A stretch of 64,000 bases of DNA. Origin: the human T2T-CHM13v2.0 reference genome, Homo sapiens. The position numbers were made by a program, and so were the translations under genes. The stretch lies in assembly GCF_009914755.1 (NCBI RefSeq), contig NC_060934.1; one strand, written 5' to 3'. This document shows, one piece after another, positions 1-16,404 of the stretch. Below the pieces are notes generated by a model, which was given only the letters and a program-made list of their open reading frames with translations, searched no databases and had not been told where the DNA came from. Within the stretch, counting starts at the first letter, position 1; each line of letters opens with the position of its first letter.

Positions 1-39
1 AACAGCTTCAGAGTGGAGGGTTAGATATTAAGTTGTCAT

Positions 40-850
40 TCACTGAATGCTTATTGTCTGTCAGGTACTGTTCTGAGCCCTAGGAATCCAGAAGTGGTAA
101 AGGTTCCTGCTCTCATTCTGGTGGAGAAAAGATAGTAAATAGCATGTCAGATGAATGCAGTGAAGCCATGGAAGGGAGTAGGGAGTATCTGTGCGGGGAG
201 AGGGTGTCAGGCCTGTAGTCAAAGAAGCAGCAGGTGCAGGAGACCCAGGAGGTGGGGCAGGCTAGGGAGGTGAACACTGGGACATGGGATTGGAGGTGGT
301 AGTCAAGGGTCGAGTTTATATGCACTGGTGAGATATCTCAGGAGATGCTGGCCTGGTGATTTAAAATGCATTAGTAAAATGTAGACGACATTTAAATCTA
401 TCTGAGATCACCTTGGAAGGGAATGTAGGAAGAAGGGTGCTGTGGGGAGCATGAATGTTTGGGGTAGAGCTGTGAGCACTAGCCAGCACAGGACTTAGAG
501 GGGTCAGACTCTCCACCTAGAAGCTGTGAGGAAAATACCGCAGGCAGGATGCATGGCCAGCCCGCAGCGTTTCAAGAGGTCTGTGAGATAAAAACTGAGA
601 ATTGGTCATTGGGAGGTCCTTGGTGAGCTTGTAGGCTGTTTAGATGGAGTGGTGGACACAGAATTCTGGAGAGAGTGGGTTCAAGAGAGGGAGGAGAGGA
701 GAGACACAGTGTGTCTTGGGAGCAAAGAGGGAATTGGAAGGATTTTGGGGCTATGGGAATTTTTGATTTTTTTTCCTAAAGATTGAGAAATAACAGCAAA
801 TTTTTAGGCTGATGGGAATAGTCAGGTGGAGGGAAGAATTTCTAGTGCTG
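40..850 (-). mobile_element. Old L2 LINE fragments
   Basis: Starts with a cattcactgaatgcttattg...ggtactgttctgagccctagg L2 3'-end signature, then a purine-rich degenerate body. Confidence 0.55.
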
Positions 851-1146
851 AGTTCCTGAGCAACAGGAAGGGTACATGCAGGGTCGGGGGCTGGTCATTG
901 CTGGGTCCCACAGCTCTACCACTGCACTGAGAGCGAGGTGGGTGGGAGCCGTGACTGTCGGCACCCGCATCCCTTCTGATGCCTGTTTTCTCAGAGGACT
1001 AAATAGACAGGGCCCCTGGCCAGGAGAGGGAACTGGGGAGGAGACACTGCAGGCGTGGAGGGAGAGGGAAAGAAATTGTTCTTCAAGTGGTAGGGATGAA
1101 AAACTGCTGGCCCCAAGTGACCGTGGTGTGCTTTTGTTTGTTACAG

Positions 1147-1250
1147 GATATTCATCCGTTCTATGCTGATTTGATGAATATTCTCTACGACAAGGATCAT
1201 TACAAGTTGGCTCTGGGGCAAATAAATATTGCCAAAAATTTAGTGGACAA
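1147..1250 (+). CDS. GTPBP4: GTPBP4 (NOG1) coding exon 3; gene begins upstream of the window
   Basis: ttacag|GAT...GACAA|gtaagg; [37 protein letters not shown]1 N-terminal helical domain. Confidence 0.96.
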
Positions 1251-1326
1251 GTAAGGTACTTTTTTCTGTAGTGTCTTTTAAGTTATCGAAAGTGGAAAAA
1301 AAACTAATATTTTTTATTTTTTACAG

Positions 1327-1463
1327 TGTTGCTAAAGATTATGTGCGACTGATGAAGTATGGCGACTCTCTCTACCGCTGCAAACAGCTGAAGCGTGCGG
1401 CCCTGGGACGGATGTGCACAGTGATCAAGAGGCAGAAGCAGAGTTTGGAGTATTTGGAGCAAG
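1327..1463 (+). CDS. GTPBP4: GTPBP4 exon 4
   Basis: ttacag|TG...CAAG|gtgctt; [45 protein letters not shown]; preceded by a 76-nt intron. Confidence 0.96.
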
Positions 1464-2428
1464 GTGCTTGTCACGCATCCGCGGGAACCGTGCTAGCATC
1501 CTGCTGAGAGGATGCGTCCTTGTTGAGGACTTGAGATGTCTGTTTTTCTTGTATTTTGGAGATGACAGGGTCAGTTATTCTTCCTAGCTTTACCTATGAG
1601 AAACAGTAATAGGCTGGTTTTTATTGAAAATAAATACTTACAAATCAATAGCACTGATAAGAAAATTTATATATTTCATATTTAATAGGTAAGGCATACA
1701 CAAAAAAGTCACGAGAAAATACTGAAAAGTATAAAAACTAAGGTGGCTCATAGTTTATTATTGACTTTTTTATTTTTAAAAATACTTGTATTTAATAGGA
1801 CTTTCTGAATTAACGTACTAGGATTCTGTTGAAACAATTACTTGCTTATTGTGTGTATTCTTACATGACAAATTATTTTGACTCATTCGGTTTTGTTTTC
1901 TCTCCTGCATCTTAGAAATAATTTTTAACAAAATTTGTGATACTTGGATGCCTTGCAGGTGCTTTGCTACAGATCTGTGTGGTCTTCATGATGGCCGGGG
2001 TGCCACCCTGGAGCCGTGTTTGTTACAGACGAGGTGGCAGAGTGGCAGTAACCCATGTTGTAGCCCAAACGGCATGGCCTGCAGGCTTCAAAGTGCACTG
2101 GTTACCTAATGTCATCTTGCTAATGAGAATTGTCTGGACACTGCCAGACATGCTGTTGGCCCCACCTGTCACCTAATGAATTAAAACGTGGGCTTAGAAG
2201 GGCTGAGGAATATGATTCTTACCAGAGCCAAACTTGGGAGATAGCAATTGAATATACTATGTGTATACTATTACTTTCTGCAACTATTTTCTCCATCACT
2301 TTTGCATTACAAAAGTTGGAGTAAGATGAATATCACCACAGGCCTGGACTGTAACTAAGTTGAAAAGAAAATTTAAAGCAAATCTTAAACTTTGAATTTC
2401 TTAATTTTTCAATTTGAACTTTTCCTAG

Positions 2429-2529
2429 TGCGTCAGCATTTATCCCGTTTGCCAACCATTGATCCGAATACCAGGACCCTGCTTTTGTGTGGGTACCCAA
2501 ATGTTGGGAAGTCCAGCTTCATCAACAAG
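2429..2529 (+). CDS. GTPBP4: GTPBP4 exon 5 (G1/P-loop)
   Basis: cctag|TG...AAG|gttggt; [33 protein letters not shown]. Confidence 0.97.
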
Positions 2530-2574
2530 GTTGGTCTGGTTTTTATCGTAAAGCAAATCATCTGACTATTTTAC

Positions 2575-2672
2575 GTCAGTGTTACTGTATTCTGGCGGCG
2601 TGGGATTCAGGATGGCCTTGTAGGTCAGTGTTAACTGTATTCTGACTGCGTGGGATTCAGGACGGCCTTGGT
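2575..2672. repeat. ~50-bp tandem duplication (2 copies)
   Basis: gtcagtgtt(a)actgtattctg..gcgtgggattcagga.ggccttg occurs twice. Confidence 0.85.
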
Positions 2673-3293
2673 AATAATTTCGGCCTCCGAGTTGGTCCTT
2701 GAGTAAAACACTGCCCTGGTCTGCAGGAGTTCCCGGTGCCTGAGCACGCCGAGCTCCTCTTGGTGAGGATTTACTTTGTCTGTATCTACATTTATATTAC
2801 TATTACAGAAGCCATTACTTTTTGTTCTTGTGTGTGTCCTATAATTTCTAAGGAATTTGAGACATGTAAGTGCATTTTTGTTGACAACTGGGGAGGTTTT
2901 CTTGGGTGTTGTTGGCCTGTCCTGGAGCGGCTATGCCAGCGGGGCTCCGGTGGCAGGTGACACTCACCCAGCTGGGGTCTTCCCGTCTGCAGCTGCATCT
3001 GAGTGATCTGTTACCTTGGTTGCTGTGTCAGCTTTCACATGAAATCGTATGTGGTCTAGTAGAGGGACGGTGCCGAGTTGCTCTTTCCCTGGGTGAGCTC
3101 ACTGACTAGGATAAGTGTAACATTTAAGGGACTCGGTCATTTGTTGCTTCAGGAAAGTTTGGCTGAGTTTCAGGGACTCAGGAAGAGGCAAAGCAACATT
3201 TAAAATGTGAATTTACAACCAGCAACAGCTCATGTGCCAAGAAAATGGTCAAATTTTATGGCTTACTCAGTGCCAAGATCACTTTATTTTTAA

Positions 3294-3620
<327 letters not shown>

Positions 3621-3789
3621 TTAAGATCACTTTTGCTTTGAAATAGATTTGTGAGTTTTATTTTGTCTACAGGTTGCTGTGACATGGTGACCAGCAAAGC
3701 TCTGCAGGGTCCTTGCTGATTTTTCAAATGCTTGTCAGCTCTGAACCTGCCCTGAGCTCTGAGCCAGTGCTCTGTGGCCGATTTGGTGG

Positions 3790-3960
3790 CCACTGCACTG
3801 GGTGGCTTTTTAAATTGCAGTTTAATTCAGCAAAATGAAAATTTCAACTCCTCAGTCACATGAGCCACATACTGAAAGTTCATTAGCAGTGCATGACTGG
3901 TGGCCCGGTTTGGACAGTGCAGACAGAACATGCCTGTCATCATAAAGAGCTCTGCGGGCA
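3790..3960. mobile_element. MER3/MER33-like hAT-Charlie remnant
   Basis: tcctcagtcaca..agccacat...gtggc...tggacagtgcaga resembles the consensus. Confidence 0.6.
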
Positions 3961-4223
3961 TTGCAGGCGGTGGGGCAGGACTTGGGAGGGTGAGGGGAGG
4001 TGGTGGCTGTCCTCCAAATGCCAGCCCTCACGCTGTCCTAGTACCCCAGTCCTTGGCCTGGTGGTGCAAAGGGAGAGGTACCAGGCTCCTATTCGATGCA
4101 GTTTTATCGTGTGAGGTTTCTTCTATGGTTATTTCCTACCCAAAATCAGTCTTGTTAAAACACACAGATCCCACGTGTACACAGAGGAAATGAGGTGATT
4201 CTGAAAGTTCTCACTTGTTCCAG

Positions 4224-4316
4224 GTGACGAGAGCAGACGTGGATGTCCAGCCCTATGCGTTCACAACCAAGTCTCTGTTTGTTGGGCACATGGATTATAA
4301 GTATCTACGTTGGCAG
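4224..4316 (+). CDS. GTPBP4: GTPBP4 exon 6 (G2, YAFTT)
   Basis: ttccag|GTG...CAG|gtgaga; [31 protein letters not shown]. Confidence 0.97.
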
Positions 4317-4329
4317 GTGAGAGTCTTGT

Positions 4330-4642
<313 letters not shown>

Positions 4643-4774
4643 AAGAGTCTTGTCTTTAAACAGAACAAATATCTTGGTTTATCAAGAACTTGAAATTTCT
4701 CCATCATCATAAAGAAAACTCATCTGAGCTCTTGGGATGCATAAGAACAGGTCGCATGTCTCTGATATAATTCA

Positions 4775-5275
<501 letters not shown>

Positions 5276-5398
5276 TCAGTTATCCCAGTTTTTGTGTTTT
5301 ATGATGTCGCTGGTAAAAAGAGGAGTCATTTCTCTCAACATCATGGCTAGCATTTCTTTGAGCTCTACAGGGTTCCTCCTCCCTTTTTTGATGTTTAA

Positions 5399-5757
<359 letters not shown>

Positions 5758-5896
5758 TACTTTTTTTTTTTTTTAACTACAATTCTGCTGTAAGATTATT
5801 AGGTCTGGTTGGGTGTGTGTGAGTGACTTCTGGGATGTGCTGGACAAGAAGCTTGTGGGTGAGTGTGCTTTCAGTGACAAGGTCTGGCTGTGTTAG

Positions 5897-6088
5897 GTTG
5901 TAGACACTCCTGGGATCCTGGACCACCCTCTGGAGGATAGGAACACCATCGAGATGCAGGCCATCACTGCCCTGGCCCACCTCCGTGCTGCGGTCCTGTA
6001 TGTGATGGATTTGTCTGAGCAGTGTGGGCATGGGCTGAGGGAGCAGCTAGAACTCTTCCAGAACATCAGACCTCTCTTCATCAACAAG
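5897..6088 (+). CDS. GTPBP4: GTPBP4 exon 7 (G3, DTPG)
   Basis: gttag|GTT...AAG|gtgtgt; [44 protein letters not shown]... Confidence 0.97.
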
Positions 6089-6167
6089 GTGTGTGTGGTC
6101 ACTCATGTTTTGCTTCATATCCTGCAGTACGAGAATAATGATTTCATTATTTTTCTTCCTTGCCTAG

Positions 6168-6233
6168 CCTCTCATAGTTGTAGCCAACAAATGTGATGTG
6201 AAGAGAATAGCTGAACTTTCTGAAGATGATCAG
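6168..6233 (+). CDS. GTPBP4: GTPBP4 exon 8 (G4, NKCD)
   Basis: cctag|CCT...CAG|gtaaat; [22 protein letters not shown]; preceded by a 79-nt intron. Confidence 0.96.
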
Positions 6234-7125
6234 GTAAATCACGTTAATATTTTGAATATTTCTTACTTACCAATTCTGAATTCTCATCTCAGACAACCAA
6301 AGTTTAGATGAAGGAATTTTAGCAATACTAGTCCACAATTGTATTTTATAGTTGAGATAATATCCTCAGTGGTTTAGTGAAAAGACATAATAAAAACTTA
6401 GTTATTGGCAAACTAAAACGAAAACATAAGTTTCTGGATTCTTTGTTCTTGAGTGTGTGGAAGCATCTGTATTTGATGGGTTGGACTTTTGGAAAATGTG
6501 ATTACTTAGGAGAGAACTGTTGGAGAAGGGTGCTCACAGGTGTTACTTCATAAAACAGGTTCTGTGATTAAATGAGTTTGGAGACTAATGATTGAGTGAA
6601 GGAGAAGGAGGATCTTGGAATTTGGGCTTTCTGGATCTGGATCTATGAGTGAGACGTGCCTGCTAGCTTTCTCCAAGAGGCAGGCAGTATTGTTGGACAT
6701 AATTTTTCAAACTGATTGAATCCTACAACCTTTTTAATAGGCATCCTTCATGATAAATGCTTTTAGAAGCGTGCACTGGTGGAGTGGCTTTCAAATTGTG
6801 GTCCTGGCCCAGCAATGTCAGCATCACCTTCTTAATTTCTTCCTTAATTTCCTCATTGATCCATTGGTCATTCTGGGACATGTTTATAATTCTCATGGGT
6901 GGTTTTTTTTTTTTTTACAGTTTTGAAAGTATCTCTTGGTATTGATTTCTAGTTTTATTCCACTGTGGTCTGAAAAGATACTTGGCAATTTTTAAAAATT
7001 GATGAGATTTGTTTTGTGGCCTAACATATGGTCTATCCTGGAGAATGTTTCATGGACTGAGGAGAGGAATGTGTTTTATGCAGCGGTTGGATGACATGTT
7101 CTGTAGATGTTTGGTCTACAGTGCA

Positions 7126-7467
<342 letters not shown>

Positions 7468-10280
7468 TGATTCTTTTTTGCCTAGGATCTGTCTAATGTT
7501 GCGAGTCTGATGTTGATGTCCCCAAATATTATTGACCCCTTTTATTATTATATAATGACCTTCTTGTCTCTTTTTATTGTTTTTGACTTAAAATCTGCTT
7601 TATCTGATAGAAGTATAGCTATTCCTACTTGCTTTTAGTTTCCATCTGCGTAGAATATCTTTTTGCATCTCTTCGTTTTCAGTCTATGTGTGTCTTAATG
7701 TCTTTACAGGTTAAGTGAATTTCTTGGATACTTTTTCATGTTTTCATGATAGTGATTATTGTCTTCGCTTCCAGATGTAGGACTTTCTTAAGTATATCTT
7801 GTAAGGCTGGTCTAGTAGTGACGAATTCTCTGTTTTTGCTTTTCTCGGAAAGAATTTATTTCTCCCTTATTTCTGAAGGATAGCTTTGCTGGATGTAATA
7901 TAGTTGGCTGGCAGTCTTCTTTTTTTTCTTCAACACTTTGAATATATATCATCCCATTGTCTCCTGGCGTGCAAGGTTTCTGCAAAGAAATCTGCTGTTA
8001 GTCTAATGGGGATTTTCTTATATGTGACTTCAAGCTTTTCTCTAGCTGTTTTTAGAATTTCCTTTATATTTGACTTTTGACAGTTTGACTATAATGTGCC
8101 TTGGGGAAGACCTTTCTGGGCTGACTCTATTTGGGAATTCTTGAACTTCCTGGTTTTAGATGTCTATACCTCTCCCCAGTCTTGGAAAGTTTTCAGCTAT
8201 CTCATTAAATAGGTTACTAAGCCTTTTCCCTTCTCTTCTCCTTCTTGAACTCCCATAATGCCAGCATGTATTCACTTAATGTTGTCCCATAAATCTTATA
8301 GGCTTCCTTCATTCTTTTTCGTTCTTCCTGCTTTTTTTCTCTCTGACTAGGTAGTTTCAAATGACAGAGATTTTTTTCTGCTTCATCCAGTGTGCTGTTA
8401 AAACTGTCTATTGTATTATCTCATCCATTGAATTCTTCAGCTACAGGATTTCTGTTTGACTCTTTTTTACAATTTCTGTCTCAGTTTAAGTTCTTGTTCA
8501 TATCATGAAATTGTTTTCTTGATTTTGTTGAATTATCTATCTGTATTTTGTTTCTAATTGAGTTTCCTTCAAAAAAATTATTATTTTGAATTCTCTTTCT
8601 GGCAATTCATTGATTTCCTTTTCATTAGAGTCTGTTCCTAGAGAGTTAATATTCCTTTCATGATTTCTTATTTCCTTGCTTTTTCATGTTTCTTGTGTCC
8701 CTGCATTGATGTCTCTGCATCTGGTAGAACAGGAGCCTCTTTTATACTTTCTTCTAGAGTGGCTTTCATGGAGAGGTTTTCACCTCACTTGGGTTTTACT
8801 GTGCCATTTGGGAAGAGAACCGTGACTTTCTGGATAGGAGCAGTGACATTGTTTCTGTGCAGCTTCCTCACCTCCATGAAATGTTGGCAATAACTGGGTG
8901 GCTCAGTGGCCTCAGCTCTGGAAGTTTGTGCCAGCGGTGGTGTATGTTTTTAAGGTCCTTGGTGTCAGGGGCTTTTGGGGTCCTGCTATTCTTGTTTTTC
9001 CCGCAATGGGGGACTTATCTGAGGGGATCTTTTTTGGTGTCAGGTCTGACATGGTCTGCAAGCAGCTGCCACAGTGCTGGGTTTCAGCTACAGGTACTCA
9101 GGGTAGCTGTGGGACTGGGGTCCTAGCCTTAGGGTCTTGTGTGCCTATCATGGCCTGGCCTTGGGGTGCAGGTTTACTCTCTGTGGTGGATCTCTGATCC
9201 TGAAGCACCCCTAGCAGCTTAAGCCCACAGGGCAAGGCTGTGGCTGTGGCTCCACCCGTGGGGTCAGGGCACAGTCCTGGCCTGACTCCAGGGAAGACGC
9301 ACTCTGGAGGTTTGAGCCTGGGAAGCAGGGTAGAGCTGTACTTCAGAAACCTGAGCCAGTAGGGAGGGCTTAGTGTCAGCTCAAGGGGAACTCTGGACCC
9401 TGGGATGGTGGGGCCCAGCAGTATCCCAGACTCTCTGATGCTAGGTGAGGTGGCAGCAAGGACCCCAGAATGGACTAGTCCAGCTGTCATTTGGGCCCTA
9501 GAGGACAGGGAGGAGGACAGCAGTGACTCCATTTCCTGGAAAGAGTGGTGACTCTGCAGCTCAGAATATAGGGTTAGTCCAGCTCCAGGGAGCAGGTGCT
9601 GGAGCTGTTTGCGTGGTGGGGCAGGTGCCTCGGCTCAGCCCCTGCCCTGTTTCCCTGGGGTGTGGAGTACAATGTCAGCTCCTCCCCATGGTATGTGGCT
9701 GGTCAGCCTGGGCCTGAGGGTTGTGACTCTTCTGGGCGCCCCAGGCACCGTTGCCCTGGGATACAAGGTACCTCTTCAGCATAGACGCTGGGATATGTGA
9801 CCATTCTGGGCATTTCCCAGGAAGCAGGGCACTGCTTCAGCTCAGGCAGCAGGGAGACAACGTTCCCTGAGAGGCCACGGTGCTATTTACCAGGAGGCAG
9901 GGTACCGTTGGGTGCTAGAGCAAGGGCTAGTAGAGGGGCTCCACCTCCACCAAGCCCTGCTGGGAAGGGGTAGCAGCTGCTCATAGCTGGCTTGGGGATG
10001 TTGGGCCACCAGGTTTGGGTAGTTTGGAGGCAGTTTAGCCTCAGGGATGAAGGGGAGCTGTGGCCACTTCCCCTGAGCAAGACATACTCCAGCCGCAGTT
10101 CCAGTCCCAAGATGACGGAGTATAGCCGCCCCATGGGCCCAACAGACAGGGCCCAGTGTCAGCTCCTTCTGTGTGGGAGCACAGCTGTGAGGATGCCAGG
10201 GGGCTCCGGTGGTGAGGGCTGTGGGTGTCCAGAGTGGTGGCAGGGCTGCTGCCATCCTCTTGCTTACCCCCTCACCGTAG

Positions 10281-10659
<379 letters not shown>

Positions 10660-11033
10660 CCTGGTGTTTTCTTTGGGCTGTATTTCATCGTCTTGCGTTT
10701 TTCTGCTCCCCAGGGTGCCTGTTACTCCTGTGATGCCCTCTGGAGCTCCCCCTCAGTTATTAACATGTAGTTGTTCGTTATTCTGATTGCCTTTGTTGTG
10801 GGGGACAGATGTGAGGGGCTACTAGTCGGCCATCTTTTTGATGTCATTTGTGTTTTCTTGATCATAGAAGAATATGAAGAAAATAACTGTTTTTAGGATA
10901 TGTCTGTTTTTTAAGACTTTGAAACAACCACAGATGTTCACATTTGCAGCCTCCATTTGCAGAACTGTACAGTTTGTTCCATAGGGAACTGGAAATGAAT
11001 AATACATCTCTCGTTTTTTCTTTGCATTCCCAG

Positions 11034-11123
11034 AAAATATTTACAGATTTGCAGTCTGAAGGATTCCCTGTAATAGAGACCAGCACCCTGACTGAGGAAG
11101 GTGTTATTAAAGTTAAAACAGAG
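11034..11123 (+). CDS. GTPBP4: GTPBP4 exon 9
   Basis: cccag|AAA...GAG|gtcagt; [30 protein letters not shown]. Confidence 0.95.
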
Positions 11124-11572
11124 GTCAGTGCTGCCTTAAGTCAGGTATTAGTCTTTTTACTGTCTCTTGTTTGATTCAAGTCAGTTGTGGGGAGAAAATA
11201 GTTTTCTTTCTAGACATTGTTAACACTTGGAGCCCTCGCAGTAGCGAGGCGGGTGGCGTGCGAGAGTGGGGCGTGAAGACAGACCCTTCTAAGACCCACT
11301 TTGCCCCCCGTGGACAGTGGGTTGTGAGGGGATGCTTTGCTCTTCTCACCCCAAACAACTTTACCCTAAAGCAGCTGTTGTCTCTGGCCTTTTAATATTT
11401 CGGTAGCAAGTACAGTGAAAATTATTTTTATGGAACCTGTTCGAAGTAGAAGGGAGAAAAGTCTGAAAAGCAGAACAGCTTTTGCAGGAGGCAGTCCGCT
11501 GCTGGATTTCACATGCTGTCCTAATTACTTTGTATTTCATGTTGTTTTTATCTCAAATAAAAGGACATTTCT

Positions 11573-11864
<292 letters not shown>

Positions 11865-12191
11865 ATGGCACTCCTGATGCCATGGTCGCACTCAGGAATT
11901 TGTTGCTCGGTTAGAGTCCTGAGGGGCAACATTGCCTCCGGTTCGTGAAGGGCAGTTGGAGGGCACCGTCTGTGCAGAGGGTCACTGTGGTGGGAGAGAG
12001 GCCCAGGCACTGGAGATGCACCTTCCCTCAGGGCCGCTTCCACCTGGGCCTCAGAGAATGTGGCCCCCTACGTGTTAGTTACCTTGAGGGAAAAGGCTCA
12101 GTGGCTCTGATCTGTGGCTCCTCCTGGAACCTGTAGCTGGAGGCTGCTGGAGGATGCGTTTGTGACTGTGCCTTCTTTTTTACATTATTAG

Positions 12192-12302
12192 GCTTGCGAT
12201 AGGCTTTTGGCTCATCGAGTGGAAACCAAAATGAAGGGAAATAAAGTGAATGAGGTGCTGAATAGACTGCACCTGGCTATCCCAACCAGGAGGGACGATA
12301 AG
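12192..12302 (+). CDS. GTPBP4: GTPBP4 exon 10
   Basis: attag|GCT...AAG|gtaaga; [37 protein letters not shown]. Confidence 0.95.
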
Positions 12303-12619
12303 GTAAGACGGCCCCTGGGACAGCCGTGGGCTCACAGTACTGTCAGCAGGTGCTGTCTGCGTGCCTTTTCCAGAAGCCTCCCATCCAGCTTCACACACTC
12401 GCAGGTGGATATTGTGGGTGGGCCTCAGTTTCACCTTCTTGCTTACATAAAGGATCGAGAAGGTGAAGAAAGTGCAGAACGCCACATGGCACCCGTTTCC
12501 CACTGCATGACGTGGTCACTGTTAGTTTATCCTTCCAGAAATGTTTCTGATATAGAAGATTAATTTCTAAAAAGTTCTTTAAACACAGATGGAAATCTGT
12601 TTCATTCTTTAAATTTTCA

Positions 12620-12802
<183 letters not shown>

Positions 12803-13305
12803 TTACGCTGTGTCTTCATGTTTTACTGCAAATGTGTCTGCACTTCACCATGTGGTGTTGACAACGTTCCTGTCCCACAGACGCCTTCCTGGTGTGTGCT
12901 GCACTGACGCTGGAGGCTGTGTCCTTCCCTCTGTCTTTCCTTGTGTCCTCGGCGTGGTCGGGCACTGACTGTCAGTCTTGTGTAAAGATGATTTTATTGT
13001 TGTGTGTTTATGTAATGCTGGGTGCGGTTGAGCATGTTTGTCTGCTTATTGGCCTTTTCAAAGTTCTTTAGGCTGTTTATCTTTTTCTCGCTGATTTGTT
13101 ACTTTTGTATTACAAAGGTTGGATTCTTGTCAGATACATTGCAAATTTTTTTCTCTTTTTGTCACTTGCCTTTTTAACTTCAAATGTGCTGTACATTTTT
13201 GAACTATTAACATATATTAATTTTTTTTTCTGGGTGTTCAGGTTTGCATTGTACATAGAAAGGCTTACCATTCATTCCAAAGTCATTTTAAAAGTATCTT
13301 TTCTT

Positions 13306-13590
<285 letters not shown>

Positions 13591-13913
13591 TATCTTTTAT
13601 ACTAGCATTAAAAATTAGCTTTTTTGGATAGTCTTCACCGTGTCTTGAGTTGGTTATGTTGTGAGGGTGGAGGTTGCACTCCGTTTCAAGTGGTCGGCAT
13701 TTCTGACCTGAGTATTGGAAATTTTATGTTTCCATTGAATTCTTATATGCACTTGAGTTTATGTCTAAATTTCTTTCATCTGTTGATCCAGTGTTATTTC
13801 TTACCACTTTCTTCTTCCATAATTTTTCATGATAATCATGATTTCTGTTTTTCCTGGATAAACTTTGGAATCACTTTGTGGAGTCCTCCTGGTCTCTGTG
13901 CTCAAAGTGACCC

Positions 13914-14021
13914 TGAACCCACTCCTCTCCCCTAAAATAATCTGTTGGTTGTTAATTGGTCTCGGTATGAACCCACTCCTCTCCCCTAAAATAATCTGTT
14001 GGTTGTTCATTGGTCTGGGTA
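13914..14021. repeat. 54-bp tandem duplication (2 copies)
   Basis: tgaacccactcctctcccctaaaataatctgttggttgtt... occurs twice. Confidence 0.9.
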
Positions 14022-14131
14022 TGGTTTTCTGTTCCCCTTGCACGTAGGGAATTTGTTTCTACTTTTTCGGCTTTGTAAGTTTCTCATTCAGCAGGCATTT
14101 CACATAAATATTTTATATGGGATCTTCTCAG

Positions 14132-14209
14132 GAGAGGCCCCCTTTCATCCCTGAAGGAGTGGTGGCTCGCAGGAAGAGGATGGAAACTGAGGAGTCCAGG
14201 AAGAAGAGG
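14132..14209 (+). CDS. GTPBP4: GTPBP4 exon 11
   Basis: ctcag|GAG...AGG|gtatgc; [26 protein letters not shown]. Confidence 0.95.
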
Positions 14210-14444
14210 GTATGCTGCCGAAGCTCTCGCCCAGTGTTCTCATGGGGGGAGGCAGGCTGTGTGTGCCCATCGTGGGGGCCTGGGGCATCGAACAGGAGCC
14301 GCGGGTGCCCAGACACTGGCCCCGTCAGGCTGCGGACACAGCAGTGAGTCCCCCTGCAGAAGCCTCTCTCATGGGGCTCTTTGGCCTGAGGGAAGATGGC
14401 CGTGAACCAAATGCATGAGTGGGATAGACAGTCCCCAGATGGCC

Positions 14445-14577
14445 AGAAACAGCCTCTTCCTACCAGAACCTAAAGGCCGGCCCCACAGACAGGGAGATAA
14501 GAAACAGCCTCTTCCTACCAGAACCCAAAGGCTGGCCCCGCAGACAGGGAGATAAGAAACAGCCTTCCTACCAGAAA
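14445..14577. repeat. 55-bp minisatellite (~2.4 copies)
   Basis: agaaacagcctcttcctaccagaacc... at 14445, 14500, 14555. Confidence 0.9.
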
Positions 14578-14702
14578 TGGAAGGTGAACCCCACTGATAC
14601 TGAGAGGATTGGAGAAAAGATTGTTTCAAGTGACAAGGGGCAGAGCATTTCTGGATCTGAAAGGCAAAATGAAGCTGATGATAATTTCTCTTTCTATTGC
14701 AG

Positions 14703-14754
14703 GAACGAGATCTTGAGCTGGAAATGGGAGATGATTATATTTTGGATCTTCAGA
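14703..14754 (+). CDS. GTPBP4: GTPBP4 exon 12 (start of NOGCT domain)
   Basis: tgcag|GAA...CAGA|gtaagg; ERDLELEMGDDYILDLQ. Confidence 0.94.
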
Positions 14755-14902
14755 GTAAGGGCCAGAGTGTGATCATTATTATAAAATGCCAATTGGACGT
14801 GAAGTATTTCAGAAAATGGGGGAAAGACTTTAATAAGTAATAAAAGTGTTTCAGCCTATTTGTCAACTTTTAATTTCTTGAAGATTAAAAGTTGCATCCT
14901 GA

Positions 14903-15172
14903 GGGCCAGGTGCAGTGGCTCACGCCTGTAATCACAGCACTTTGGATCCCTTATGCCCAGGAGTTTGAGACCAACCTGGGCAACATGGCAGAACCCCGTC
15001 TCTACAAAAAATACAAAGATTAGCCGGGTGTGGTGGCATGTGCCTGTAGTTCCAGTGACACGGGAGGCTGAGGTGGGAGGATCACTTGACCCTAGGAGGT
15101 CGAGGCTGCAGTGGGCAGAAATTGTACCTCTGCCCTCCAGCCTGGACGACAGAGTGAGACTCTGTCTCAAAG
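14903..15172 (+). mobile_element. Alu (J-like)
   Basis: Alu consensus with an internal deletion. Confidence 0.9.
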
Positions 15173-15437
15173 AAAGGTGCGTACTGATAGCACTCAGTGG
15201 GGGTTCTTCCATTGTTTCCTGTTGTTTTGGGATGGTGGGGTGATTTCTGTAGCTTTCTCCACGTGTGGGTGTTGAATGAGGCTGATGTGTTGATGCTGCT
15301 GCATGTGGAATTGCACGTCGTGCTCTCTTCTGCAGTGGAGTCGTTGATTTGCCGTCAGTCACAACTCATTTTGCGCACGTAGTACTTCAAGATATTAAAA
15401 ACTGCTGTAAACGTAACCACCTTTTTTTTAACTTTAG

Positions 15438-15538
15438 AGTACTGGGATTTAATGAATTTGTCTGAAAAACATGATAAGATACCAGAAATCTGGGAAGGCC
15501 ATAATATAGCTGATTATATTGATCCAGCCATCATGAAG
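15438..15538 (+). CDS. GTPBP4: GTPBP4 exon 13
   Basis: tttag|AG...AAG|gtttgt; [33 protein letters not shown]. Confidence 0.95.
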
Positions 15539-15624
15539 GTTTGTGTCACTTTTTAAATTGCGGATTGTTTTCCTTTTTATTATAGTAGTATTGCTGGAAG
15601 ATAGCAGCATGGCTTCGGCTCAGC

Positions 15625-16262
15625 TGGGCCTGTCCGCTTCATTCTGCACCCCTCCATCCTGACTCTGCCCCCTGTACCACTTCCCCACCCTGAGACTCTG
15701 GTGGAGATACTGGCCCTGGCTGGGCTCTGCTATGCTGGCCTGCCCCCTTCCCGCCGCCTCCCCCCACCCACCCCGGACACTCTGGTGGAGATGCTGGGCC
15801 CCTTCGTTATCCTGCACCCCTCCATCCTGACTCTGCCTCCTGCACCTCTTCCCTGTCCCGACACTCTGGTGGAGATGCTGGGCCCCTTCATTCTCCTGCA
15901 TCCCTCCATCCTGACTCTGCCCCCTACACCACCTTCCCCACCCCGAGACTCTGGTGGAGATGCTGGGCCTCTTCATTCTCCTGCACCCCTCCATCCTGAC
16001 TCTGCCCCCTACACCACCTTCCCCACCCCGAGACTCTGGTGGAGATGCTGGGCCTCTTCATTCTCCTGCACCCCTCCATCCTGACTGTGCCTCCTGCACC
16101 ACCTTCCCCCCCACCCTGTGTCTCCGCCAGGCCCTGGATGGGCTCTGCTGTGCTGGGCCCTTCATTCTCCTGCATCCCTCCATCCTGACTGTGCCCCCTG
16201 CACCACCTTCCCCACCCTGTATCTCCGCCAGGCCCTTAATGGACTCTGCTGTGCTGGACCCT
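15625..16262. repeat. ~85-bp C-rich composite minisatellite (~7 copies)
   Basis: ctggtggagat recurs at 15698, 15782, 15866, 15951, 16036. Confidence 0.9.
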
Positions 16263-16404
16263 CTTCCTTGGGGGCTCCGCTGTGTCACATCTTTTTCCTG
16301 CCTCAATCCCCTCCCTACTTGCTTTTTCTTAGCATATAAAAGTCCACAAGTTTTACTCATCTTTTTAAAAAACGAAAACATCCTTAGACCGTGTCCTCCA
16401 TTAG